NCBI GenBank assembly: GCA_026025795.1
Contig: JAPEUG010000001.1
Coordinates: 1-64,000 of the forward strand
Reading direction: 5' to 3'
DNA length: 64,000 nucleotides
DNA from: Thelocarpon superellum
Taxonomy: Eukaryota
Positions 26,046 through 39,434 of this stretch are shown piece after piece. The notes under the pieces are model-generated. The model worked only from the letters and a program-made list of their open reading frames with translations. It had not been told where the DNA came from and did no database searches. Within the stretch, counting starts at the first letter, position 1. Every line of letters starts with the position of its first letter. A program made the translations under genes and the position numbers.

Positions 26046-26892
26046 ATGTCTTCCGACGAACGCGATGCCTCCAAGGAGACCAAAGAGTTCACCCCCGCTG
26101 AGACTCGTCTCATCCTCATTGCCTTCAAGCATATGACTGGTACCCCCGAGGTGAGCGAATCGAGCCACATGGCATTCTCTTTCCCGTTCTCTTCATCTCG
26201 AATGCCCTCTCTATCACCGGACGATCCTTGGCAAATTGGTCGCGACGATGACTCCTCTCATTCGCCTTTCCGTGATCTTTGTTCCCTTTGCGTTGTCGTG
26301 CTGGCGCGAGCGGTGAGCATCGGTCGCAAGCATCTCACTACTGGTTGTGCATTAGCCTCGGTACACTTGACTTCTCCACTGACACCACTGACACCACTTT
26401 CGGCAGATCGATTTTGAGAAAGTTGCCCAAGAGTACGGGTACAAGAACAAGACGTTGGCCCGTTCCAAGTACACCAACGCCAAGAGCAAGCTGTCCAAAT
26501 CAATGGGCATCGCTCCGGTGGCCAAGGGCCGCGGACGCACAACGAAAGCGGCGACGGATAAGACGACGGCCAAAGGGTCAGCGACGGCCAAAGTGACCAA
26601 GGCCAAGGGTACGGGCGTGAAAGCCAAGGGGACCGGGGCAAAGCGCGGGCCCAAGTCCAAGAGCGATGTTCTCGTCAAGGACGAGGACAAGGTACTGGAC
26701 GATGGGGAGATCCATACCGAAAACTCGGAGCCAGCCGCCACCGGCGATCATGGGAGTGAGGAGTGGCCTCCCACGCCTGGGTTTCCAGCTTCAGAAGCCA
26801 TGGCATTGTCCGAGGGGCAAGGGGATCTTTCCATGGGTAACGGCGTGGAAAAACAGGTCGCCGAGGTCTCCGCCGCTCCTCTTCTAGGATAG
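26046..26892 (+). CDS. Array gene 9: Myb-like protein (FL-type) with histone-H1-like Lys/Ala/Thr tail
   Basis: Intron 26151-26406: MSSDERDASKETKEFTPAETRLILIAFKHMTGTPE|IDFEKVAQEYGYKNKTLARSKYTNAKSKL, then KGRGR and TKAKGTGVKAKGTGAKRGPK. Confidence 0.85.
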
Positions 26893-27657
26893 CCTTTCTC
26901 TCCACGGTCAGTCCTCGGCACCGGTTCCAGCGCCATTGCGAGACTTCTCGGCGCGATGATAGGGTTGAGCTCCGGCGGAACGGCTGCCGACGACGGGAGG
27001 AAGTGAATGGAGGAAAGGAGAAGACGGTCCCTCGTCCGATGACGATAGGTAGAGACTAGACGAGTAATCGGACCAAGCATTCCGCCACACCGTTGAGCCG
27101 TCACCGTGGATGCGCGGCGCGTGGGCGCCAGAGTAGATTGATCGATTCGTGGGCGCGTGTGGTCGTGGGGTCAAGTCTGTGTAGGCGCATGGGCGCGTTG
27201 CTGCATCCGCGGGGGGCTGTTCACCTTCTCACAGATCCCGGCTTTCACCTATGCACCTCGCCCGACCACATGAACCCCAACTCTTTCCATCACACTTTCT
27301 GCTACCCACCCATCCACTTTCTTTGACGTGCGCAAGCAACTCTCCGGTGCCACTTCTCTCAACCCACACTCTTCCCGAGTTTGATAGCTGCAGCGATCGT
27401 CAATCATCATGCGGACCCCAGGTGACAAAACCGTAAGTGTCCTTTCTTCTTCCGTCCCAGCTCTTAATAAGTGCCGACGAGTCTCCCCTCTCTTCTGCCT
27501 TGATTCTGTCTTTCGCATCTCGCCTGAACAGACACCATCCGTCTCTTCCACGCATGAGACGTCTGGCTTGAGCCCCTCACCGACCGCGAGCCGCGTCACT
27601 CGCGTCAGCATCTCCTCACTTGTCTTGCTGACGCCCCGTGAGCGACAGACTCCGACC

Positions 27658-28416
27658 ATGAGCCCGTCTAGCAACGACGAACAGTTCAAGTTTCTGATTG
27701 CCTGTATTCGCCATGCCAATACCGGCAAGGTGGGACTCCCCTCTTCTCACCTTGCGTGCCACCCTTGTTGACGTATTGCTAGGTGGACTTCGCCGAAGTC
27801 GCCAAGGAATGTGGCATCGTGTCCAAAGGAGCCGCGTGAGTATCGGCATCCTTCGAGCTCGAGCGCAGAGTACCCTAGCGACGGGGACTTTCTGCTGACG
27901 TGTCTGGGACATGACAGGGCCAAACGCTATGAGCGTCTGATGAAGGCCCACGGGATCCCTCCTGCGGGGGCCTCGCTCCGTGCTCCGACCACGCCAAGCA
28001 CGAGCAAGGTCACCACGCCGAGCACCAGCAAGAAGCGTAAGCTCGGCAGCATTCCTCACGAGCCTCGCGAGGCCATGGATGATGACGAGCGCCCGACTGG
28101 GGTGAAGGCAGAGGTTGCCGGAGGGTTGGAGGACCCGTTCGTCATCAAGTCTGAGGGCTCCGCGATGGCCTGGAACGGTACTGGTAGTATGCCCTTCCCT
28201 TTCAATGACCACGAGGCACAGCCGGGCACTTCGGGCCCGACGGCCACGCCGTACCTCGAGTATCACCCGACGCCGAGACCTGGATATATGGACTATGGAT
28301 TCGGCGACGTGGCTGGATCGGGCTTTGGGCAGACTGCCGGCGATGAGCGTGCCGATCAAACCGACCTTTCCAAGACCGGCGACGGCCCTGAGGACAGCAT
28401 CCTCATCCCCGAATAA
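27658..28416 (+). CDS. Array gene 10: Myb-like protein (FL-type)
   Basis: Introns 27730-27782 and 27836-27917: MSPSSNDEQFKFLIACIRHANTGK|VDFAEVAKECGIVSKGAA|AKRYERLMKAHGI, with KKRK, VKAE and IKSE in the tail. Confidence 0.9.
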
Positions 28417-30124
28417 ATTCGTGCCATTGCCGCGACCGCTCCTCGGGATGTTCCAGCAAGGTTAAGAATCAGACCAGGAGCGCGTGGGTGGACCGGTGCG
28501 GGTGTCTGCTCTGCGGTGTTAGGCAAGATGTCCATTCCATGGATAGTTGGTAGACGGGAGTGTCAATTCTGTCGATAGACGGACCAGGGACGTCAACAGA
28601 AAGATCTTCGGACCTTCCTCCTACCTGGGTCCCCTTCCGAGAGAATACAATCAAGTTTCTGCTCTGCATCCGGAATCCTCCCCTAGATCGATGGAAGATG
28701 TGGAGCATGAGACACAGCTGCACGGACGAGTCAGCTCTCGCCTCTCTTCTCTCTCGCCCGCTCAGAGCCGGTCGTTAGCGATGGATCCTCGATCATCCAT
28801 AGTATGCCGATCACCAGGCAAGGCACTCACTTGAGAATAGCAGATAGAGTGAGAGACATGCACACGGCCATCAGCGCTTCCAGGCTAGGGCTGGGCTGGT
28901 CCACCCGATGGCACAAGAAAGTCCTGTGGGGGTGGAGGTATACTCTGCCGCGTCGTAGCCCCCGCGAGCATAGACCATCCTTCGTGTCAGGGCTTCAAGT
29001 CTCCATTACCGACCCAGGTCACGATGACTCGAGTCCTTGGCACGCAACGCTTGGGAACACGATGGAGAGGGGATGGATGGTGGAGGTAGAAGGGTAGCAG
29101 TTGGTGGGAAGGAGACGAGGAATCTGCAGGTTTGTGGGCTCGTGGGCTCGTGGGCTCGTGGGCTCAATCACGGACTTCTCCGTGCCGATAAAAGTGACCT
29201 CCGCAGCCATACGTGAATCCCCACCAGGCAACAGACCCCTCCAACAGTCTCAACACCGGACCTGACGGTGAATCCGCCGTAGTGGAATGTCGCGCCATCG
29301 CTTAGCAGGATCAAGGGAAGATGGAGGACCTGATCCGGGCACAGCACATGGGCAGAATGAGCAGACATCCTGGGACACGTGTACTGAATAACGATCAATT
29401 CAATATCCTATCATATCCCCTTTGATCATCGCGGGTATCACTGCCCCCGCAAGCTGCGACAAGATGCCTCTTCTGCTTTGACGGCAATGCTGCTGTTCTT
29501 CGGTGACGGCACAAGTGCCTGACGAGTCTTGGCATGTTTGTCTGGTGGCACGTGCCACACATCCATCGCCGCCCTTGCCTGGCACGGATAGCCGCGCGGC
29601 TCTCGCCTCGAGCTGAAATCCCCGGTCGGGGAAACAGAAGACGACATCTCAGCTTCGTGTTCTGGATGTGACGACTCTCTTTCCTCTCACATCGCTGGAC
29701 GAATTCCAGCATTCAAAAGTTTGATAGCAAACAGGCGGCGGACAAAGAGGGTGCGTCAGGTTGTGGAGAGCTTCTACGTGCTGGAATTCCAGCATGTGTT
29801 TTCCAAAGAGACCGTCCTGCGGTCCAACGCGGACGGAAATGGTCCAGACCAAGAGCGAAGACGCCTTGATCAACGTGGTCTTCGATGCCCAAGAGCTGAG
29901 AAAGACAGCCTTGCTATGGGCTTATCATGATGAGACCTTACTCTCGAGTGGTCTCTGCTCCTTCCGCTGTTGCGTGCCGTTTCCCCTCCCCTATATGCGC
30001 ACAGGACGCGCATCGTCTGGTCACCCGCGCACCCACAAATCCTCGTAAATCTGCTCGATAGATCTCAAATCTGTTCTTCCCTTCACGCTACTTCATATCT
30101 CTCAGCCTGCTTCCCGATTCATCC

Positions 30125-30166
30125 ACAGAGCCACAGAGCCACAGAGCCACAGAGCCACAGAGCCAT
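30125..30166 (+). repeat. 8-bp tandem repeat (CCACAGAG)x~5 in the 5' region of array gene 11
   Basis: ccacagag ccacagag ccacagag ccacagag ccacagag read directly. Confidence 0.85.
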
Positions 30167-30214
30167 CGAACCAGGGATCACTTCGGAGCCCATCAAAGCA
30201 GAACAGGCAACACG

Positions 30215-31283
30215 ATGAAGTGGAACGGTAAGCCAGTCCCTGCTCCGCTAGCCCTCGACCGTCTCGAACGAGATGTGAGGGCTCTTCTGACCTGGCCTTC
30301 AAGGTGACGCCGATCGCAAATTGCTCCTGTGGATCTTGGCCACGCACACGGTCCAGCTTGACTCCGCCGCAGCCGCGGAGATGATCTCTCCCCAGTGCAC
30401 TCCACGGGCTTTGGTGGAGCATCTGAAGCGGCTCCGCAATGAAGCCGAAGCGTACGGATACGGGGATACTGCCCCCGAGACGCCCACCAGCCAGACGCCC
30501 GTCCACTTTGGCCCGACCCGTCCCAGCAAGCGCAAGGCAGAGACTGGCGCCCTCATGAACACCGAGACCGGGCCCCCCACCAACCTTACCGGCGTCTTCC
30601 CCCTCTCGGGGCACTACGTCAATGACGACCAAGCGCGTGCGGCTCCAGGCACGATGATGCAAGGCGTCATGGGTGATGGAGGCGCCGCCCCTTTCCAACT
30701 AGGGAACGCGCCGGTTCCTGACTGGGCCCAGTCATCCGACGTGGCCCTAGGAAACAAGGCGCGCTCCCGCATGAAGCAATTCACGCCGTTGTACCACCAG
30801 GGCCAAATCAACATGGCGACCCCCCACGATCCCGGGGCCACGACGTCGAGCACCCTGGCCACAGAGAACCAGACGTCCTCCCGCACGATCGCACCCATGC
30901 AATCATCCACCGTGGCCCCGGACAATACGACGTCCGCCCCCCTGCCAATGTTCAACTGGCCATACGTCGTGCCCCGCGTGCCCACGGGGACCTCCACCAT
31001 GCCTCCGCCAGCGTCAGCTCGTGCCACAGCTGCCAACACCGAGGCGCCCTCCTTGCACCTCCGGGACAAGCGCCTGCACCGGATCACCCCTGGTACCACT
31101 ACTCGGCAGATGTTGGTTCAGAACCAGGACGAGACGGACGAGGAGGCCTCCGTTGCCAAACGCACCAAGGCCACGCATGCCACCGAGCCGTCTACCAGCA
31201 CTGGCAAGTTGTCGCCGTTCGACAAGAAGCTCATTGCGACCATGAAAGAGAAGGAAGACAACGAGGAGAAGTATGAGTGGTAG
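30215..31283 (+). CDS. Array gene 11: Myb/SANT-like three-helix protein (W-type)
   Basis: Intron 30228-30303: MKWNG|DADRKLLLWILATHTVQLDSAAAAEMISPQCTPRALVEHLKRLRNEAE, in frame with ORF 30321-31283. Confidence 0.85.
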
Positions 31284-32506
31284 AGCATAGCCCATGTCTG
31301 GAGGGGATGTGGGTAGCTCGCTGCCATGTACGCGCGCACCGCACCTGCTCCGTCTGCTTTCCCCACCTATGCCCGAGTACCCTCCCCCATCCCGTTTTGC
31401 TTTCACGCCCCGCTGCCCCCAAGCCTTTCTCGGCGTCTGCCATGTCTGTCTGTGCGCCATCACACTACCGAGTGTGCCGGAACATCACCACGAGTTCGAG
31501 TTCCGATTCTCCCCACAAATTTGCCTGCTTGCGTGCGTGTTCTGCCTCTTTCCGTCGCCCGTGATCCTCTCCTACCCGCATTTCGTAGGTGGCCAGACGC
31601 GTGTCCGGTCATCGATGCTTCAGAATCAGCCGTATGCGGAGTCGATGCCGCCGGAAGCGCGGCTGATCGATTGCATGACATCGGCGTCCCAACAGGCCAA
31701 ATGTGCAGTGCACCGCTGCCAATAGGCCTTACGGGAATATACATCGGCGCGAATCTTGCACGTGTCACGTGATGTTAGTGAATCGGCACCAGCACGTGCT
31801 GGGGCATCAGCGAGGAAAGGAGAGGATAGTGCGAATTCACTCCGTCGATAGTTGACGCCTGCTGGTAACACAGAGGTGCATCTACACCTCTTGCCGCTTC
31901 ACTGAACTCGGCTCGATGGCCGCCTTGGATGTTAGTTGGTGTCTTGCTCAGCGCCCGCGCCTGTATTCGCGCTCCAGCGAGTATCTCTCCATGCCAGCGT
32001 CACTTGCTCTTCAACTCGGAGGTCGTTGTCTGCGGCGAACAGTACGCGTCCAAGTCGGGACAAGAGATATGGGAAGCATTGTGTGGCTTGCCCCGCTGAC
32101 CCAGCACGATGGACTTCATGAGCTTCCTTTCACTTCGTCTTCGTGGCTTGCGTGCCGTCTGACTGAACCTGGACGTCGTGGAGTGACGACGCTGCAATTT
32201 CCGCTGTCACCGCTCCTGTCCGCTGTGTCCCTGGAGCGGAATCGCGCGCATTCACGCCACGGCCGCGCACCGCTCGTCCGCCTCTCCCACCAGCATCGAC
32301 ATAAAAAGATCCACCTCTCACCGCCCGCTGCTCCTTCTCCTTCGCTTCCCACGGTGTCCAGCCTCGACGGTCGAGGCTCACCAAGGTCTCACTTCTCCGA
32401 CCCACCTTTCTCATCGTGCTCGTCTTGTCTTCCTGCTCCGTCGTGGGTCACAAGGCCTCGCCTCGTCGCCAAACGCACGCTGCGATCCCTCTGACCGAAA
32501 GTTGCC

Positions 32507-34820
32507 ATGGTCCGCCCAAGCAAGCGGTACATCGTCCGCTGGGATGGTGAGTCCCTTCCCAAGGCCAATACCTCCTGTACTCTGCTATCTTACGTGTTGA
32601 TGGACATGACCCGTCGTGAGGTCTTCGGATCCGAAGCGATTGTCACAGTGTCATTGTGAGCCGTGCCGAGGAAGGAACATGTCGTGGCTGACCCCGTTCT
32701 CTACAGATGAGAAAGATCAGCGCCTGCTGCTTTGCATCCAGTACGGATGCAATGAGAAGGGCGTCAAGCTCCCATGGGATAACATCACCCGCGTCCTTGA
32801 CCCGCAAATCTCCGAGGGCGCCATCATCCAACACCTGTCCAAGATTCGACAGCGCCTCGAGTCGCATGGGGTTCCTGTGCCCCCACCGCTCCGGCGCGGT
32901 GGCCTGGCCGTGCCCGATGCTACTCGCGCCGCCATGGCCAACCCACCGAGTCTCCGCTCGGCCCCCCGCCGCGATCGATCAAAGGCGGTCTTGGGCGTTG
33001 CCGGCTCGTCCCCTACTAGCAAGGTGGTCGCAGTCGACGCCGAGAACGACGCCGAGTATTCACCCACCACCAAGAAAGGACGCGCCGCTTTGGGTCGGCA
33101 GAGCAATGGCAAGGCGGCCAAGCGCGAATTTTCGTCGGACGAGGAGAATGAGAAGATCAAGCGTGAGGTCGAAGTAGATGACCAGACGCCGACGTCCCAA
33201 GGCAAGTACAAGAGCCGAGGCAAAGCCGGCGGTGTCAAGCGTCGACGCACGGGGAAACACAGCGACAACGCGGCCAAGGATGGCACACAAGGGGGTGACG
33301 AGTCTATCAGTCATGTCACGGAGGAAGACAAGGCGGTGGGGGCATCGTCCTCCCGCGGTCGGAACGCGGGATACATGAAGTTTTTCGAATCCGATAGCGA
33401 GCACTCAGACGGCGAGCGATCCGGGAGCGGGCAATCGGATCTCAGCACCGAGGTCACCAATGGGTCGCCCAGCGGCATCGTGGTCATGAAGCTGCCCAAG
33501 GGCTATACCTCTGCCGAGTTCCCCAGGGGCCTCGCGCACTGGCCTGCCGGTGCGTTCGAAGGCGATATTGCCGTCTCAGACGGAGGGTATAACAGCCCGG
33601 GCCCCAATGACCCAGTCGACCCCACCGACGATGAAATGCCAATCGGAGAACGTATGGCCCACGCCGACGCCGAGAATATTCCGCCGGTGGGCCAAGTGAT
33701 GACCCACCCCTCGATGAGCCAAGCGATGGCACCGCCGTCGAGGGCGATGCAATCCACCTTCGCTCCCGTCAGCAACGTGTCCACGCTCCCGCAACCCGCC
33801 CTGGCCTCGAATCCGTCGACGTACCTTCAAGGTCCCCAGCCCGTGAATCCATCAGCTTTCCTGCCAGCCTCGCTGGGCTCCACCACGTCGATGTATCCAC
33901 AAGCTCCCGCTTCCATCAATCCAGCGATGATCTTGCAACATCCGCTGGGCTCGAGCTCGTCGACGTACCCACAAGTTCCTCCAGCCCCGCTCATACCGAC
34001 GTACATGCAACACGCGCCCCCCGGGCCGAACCAGTCGACGTACTTGCAAGTGCCCTCAGGGCTAAGCACTTCGACGCACCCACCAGGAGCCCTAGCTCCG
34101 AGCCCGTCGACGCACGCGCAGGTTTCCATGGTTCCAAGCCTCTCCATATACTCGCCCGCTGCTCTAGATCCAAATGCGCCACAATACCCGTGTTCAGCTC
34201 TTGACTTCACCGGCTTCGACAACGCGCTGGGCGAGTATCATGACAACATCCTCAGCAACGCCGAGCTGGACACGTTCGCGGCTGGGACCTCCTTCGCGTC
34301 ACAGCCTGCAACGGGGACGACGACCCCGGGTCATCCCAACGTTAGCCTGGTACAAACTCCGACGAGCCATGCCACCCGTACGACCTTTATGACCCACACG
34401 ACCTTGGAGGACGTAGAAGCAGCCACCCGTGCCCTGCAGCGTGTTATGGAAGGGCTACCGCCGGATCAGCCACACGCCGAACAGTCCACTGTCAACCCCG
34501 GAACGATGACGACGACGCCGGTGATCATGGTGAATGGAATGCCCTCTTTCACCGACCCGACGCTTCCCATGCCGATAGCTGGGGACGATGGTATCGCCTC
34601 AGGTGAGGATCAGCTGGCGGTGGGGCTCACAACCGACGTTGCTTCAGGCGTCGATCAGTCGGCGGCTATGCTCACAGCCGACGCGGCTGCTCAAGAATAT
34701 TCTGCCTTTGAAGACCTGGTGGACCTTAGTGGTTATGATGACGATGTGGGGGATCAGTCGATGCCAGATGACCCCTGGTATGAGGAGAGTGAACCGAACC
34801 CTACAGCTCCGTCAACCTAG
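32507..34820 (+). CDS. Array gene 12: Myb/SANT-like three-helix protein (W-type) with long disordered tail
   Basis: Intron 32547-32706: MVRPSKRYIVRWD|DEKDQRLLLCIQYGCNEKGVKLPWDNITRVLDPQISEGAIIQHLSKIRQRLESHG; about 700 aa in total. Confidence 0.87.
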
Positions 34821-36649
34821 CCCGTCTCGGTCAGTCAGGCAGCGCGTGCCGGGATGAAGAGCATCTTACTGACATGCGATAGGGCTCCTCGTCGATGCGT
34901 ATGGACAGAGTGCCATTCGCCGATCACCCGATGCACCAGCAGGATGACGATTTGATTCGAGGTCCGGAAGGATGGCTCCCTGGGACAGGGTAGACTTGGC
35001 GTGAGATGGCGGGGATTAACGTGCTGGCTGTCGTGTGCATGGTCAGCTTTCTTCTGGCCACAAGCAACGGAGCCCAGTATCTTCTCACAGTGAACCTCGT
35101 TGGAGAGGGCAGCCGCCTTTCGCCGGCATGCTCTGGTACAGCGCACGGGGTTGGGCAGCCTGACCGCTCTCCTGAAGCGGGCCCGATCGATACTTCTCTT
35201 TGAAGTTCTCCCTCTGCCTATGGCCATGGCCCTTTCTCCTTCTGTTCATCAGCGAAACGGTGGAGTGCTCGCCACTTCTCACACGTCGTGACGTGAGTGA
35301 GCCTTATCACGGAGGCTCGATGATTTCTTTCTCTAATATTAGAATACATGATTGGACTATATTGACCATAATGCATGATGGAGAGTTCAAGATTGGTGGA
35401 TATGGAGTGCCTCTCATCGCGGGGGCGCCCAATGAGTAGGAAAGTGGGACGCACCTCGTCTTCGTTGCGTGGCAGTCCCAGGTCGCCTCTCCGTCCAGGG
35501 TGGTGGCCGAGTAGTTCATGGGGGATCTCAGTGAGGAACGGATTTGTGGCGATGGGTAGTTGATGCAGGGTGTCCCGGATGAAGGAGGTTGGTGGCGAGG
35601 AAAGAGGTTGGAACGAGGTGGAGCGACAGAGGGTGCATGGGCGTGGGGTCCTTCACACGTCAGCCGACCCCGAGCCGACCCCGAGCCGTGACAGTAGTCG
35701 CGAAGAGCGGTGGCTGCTACAGGCCCATGGAAGAACAGCGGGCACGGGTGACACATATTCGCGATGTCTGCTGGGTTCCTCCCAGCATCGTTCACAAAAT
35801 GGCGTAGATACCTACCCATGCATAGGGTTGCAGGCTTCGCCCTGAGTCACACCCTCACCCTTTATCACGTCCTCTTCAAGCAAACTCCTTCCGTCCCTGC
35901 GCACGCAGATGTTGCGCGGTGAGACGTTGAGGGAAAGTAAGGGACTACGGGAGCAGCAGAGAGCAACTGTGACACGTTACTGCACCTGCGCAACACGTGT
36001 GTGACGGTTCTGTCAGCTGTCTCTTCTCTCTCGATTGGAAGGGCGAGACCAATATCTGGTGTAAGAAGCAAAGGAAGCGTGCAGTAGGGTCAGGCAGATG
36101 TGAGAGCCATCGGTTGATTTTGTTACATCCACAGTTGAGGAGGAAACACGAAGAGGTTTCCGGAGCGACTCAACGACGATAGAGGCAAGTTGTTCCGGAG
36201 CATCGGCTGAGGCATGCATCGGGATCCAATCCAGACTCTGCTGTGGACTCGACTGAGCTGGGAATATAAAGCTCTTGGCCTCGAGGAGGCTCTGGACTTG
36301 AAGAGGGACTTCCACCACCGATTTCGGTGAGTCGGGAGTGCTCCGCGTCACCGCACGCTCCAGGTCACGTTGACGCTGGGACGGGAACATCCGGTGCAGC
36401 GGCGATGGCAACCGCTAAGGATGAAAGGGAATAGCGTGCGACAAGCGCATTTTTCTATGTGCTTCGCAGAATTTCTTCGGTAGAGACAACGGACCAGCCA
36501 ATGCAGAACGACAATCATATTTGAAGCTTCCGGGATCCCGTCTTCCTCAGCACGTCTACGGTTGACATCGGCCTCGGTTCTCTTCTTGCTACCACCCGTC
36601 GTCAGCTGCCTGCGTTTAGTCACTTCCCACGTTATCCTTTCTCCCCGTC

Positions 36650-38578
<1,929 letters not shown>

Positions 38579-38759
38579 AGGATCTCGTCTGGCACCTGGA
38601 CTACTCCACTCCACTCCGCCGCTGTGCTCTGTCGTGTCCGCTGGACTCTCCTCGTTGCATCGCCATTGCGGGTTGTATACTAGAATGTACATAGCGGGAC
38701 CTAGAGAAAAGCTGCCACGGGATGCTCTCCTCTCCTGCCTCTGCGTCTGACCTGGACCA

Positions 38760-38828
38760 TGCGTGCTTCCCGTTGCGTGCTTCCCGTTGCGTGCTTCCCG
38801 TTGCGTGCTTCCCGTTGCGTGCTTCCCG
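38760..38828 (+). repeat. 14-bp tandem repeat (TGCGTGCTTCCCGT)x~5
   Basis: Perfect units between HSP60 and cofilin. A 15-bp GCCGGGCGAGTCGCT x~3 repeat lies at ~39025-39068. Confidence 0.9.
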
Positions 38829-39434
38829 ACGCCTCCGGTGGACGTCGGATCGGTGGCGGGCAGCCGAGCGAGGGTCCGATCACGTGATGCTGCGGCTGTT
38901 TCAGGCCGCGGTGTCCTTCGCCGTCGCCATCCCGGTGTCACGGTGTTTATCGTTCCCTCGGTTGCCTGCTGCCGCGTGCCACTGACACTCGGCTCCCACG
39001 CAGGCAACGTCCCACGGCTAGCTAGCCGGGCGAGTCGCTGCCGGGCGAGTCGCTGCCGGGCGAGTCGCGCCCCGTACTGTTGCCCCTCCAATATTTGCAT
39101 CTGCCTGCTGCTGCTAGGCGGCTTAGTCCTGGTAGTCGTCTTTCTATCTGACAGCAGATCTCAGTGCGCCTGCCCGCGCAGTCTCGGACCGTTGTATTCG
39201 CTGACGACCCCCTTTCCACCATCACCTCCCCTTGTCTCCTTCATCTTCTCCGTTGTCCAGGCCGTCTTCGTCCTCGCCGGTGTAAGTGGTTGCACTCTTG
39301 ATCTCACGCACGATGGGCTTATCGCTCCGTCCACATCACCCCGCCGCACACTCTCTCGTGATGGTCGCTTACCTTGACGAGCCACAGTCAAACGTCCCCA
39401 CCACTCCCTGCGGTGCCTCCACCGTTCGCCCATC

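Noticed and set aside
28420..30200. Possible 13th array member here or in the 12.4-13.8 kb and 22.3-23.3 kb gaps
   Set aside because: No W/FL helix-1 or [IV]D[WFY] motif with valid splice sites found by eye; an HMM scan could still reveal a decayed copy.
35006..35439. Two short ORFs with signal-peptide-like starts (MAGINVLAVV..., MKFSLCLWPW...)
   Set aside because: Only 65-79 aa, the second starts at TTG, and there is no supporting motif; probably chance.
36495..36540. CCAAT box and GAAgcTTC heat-shock-element-like site upstream of HSP60
   Set aside because: Only two perfect nGAAn units; plausible but too short to distinguish from chance.
38760..39070. Short tandem repeats as a possible CRISPR-like array
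   Set aside because: Head-to-tail units with no spacers, in a eukaryotic context; ordinary minisatellites.
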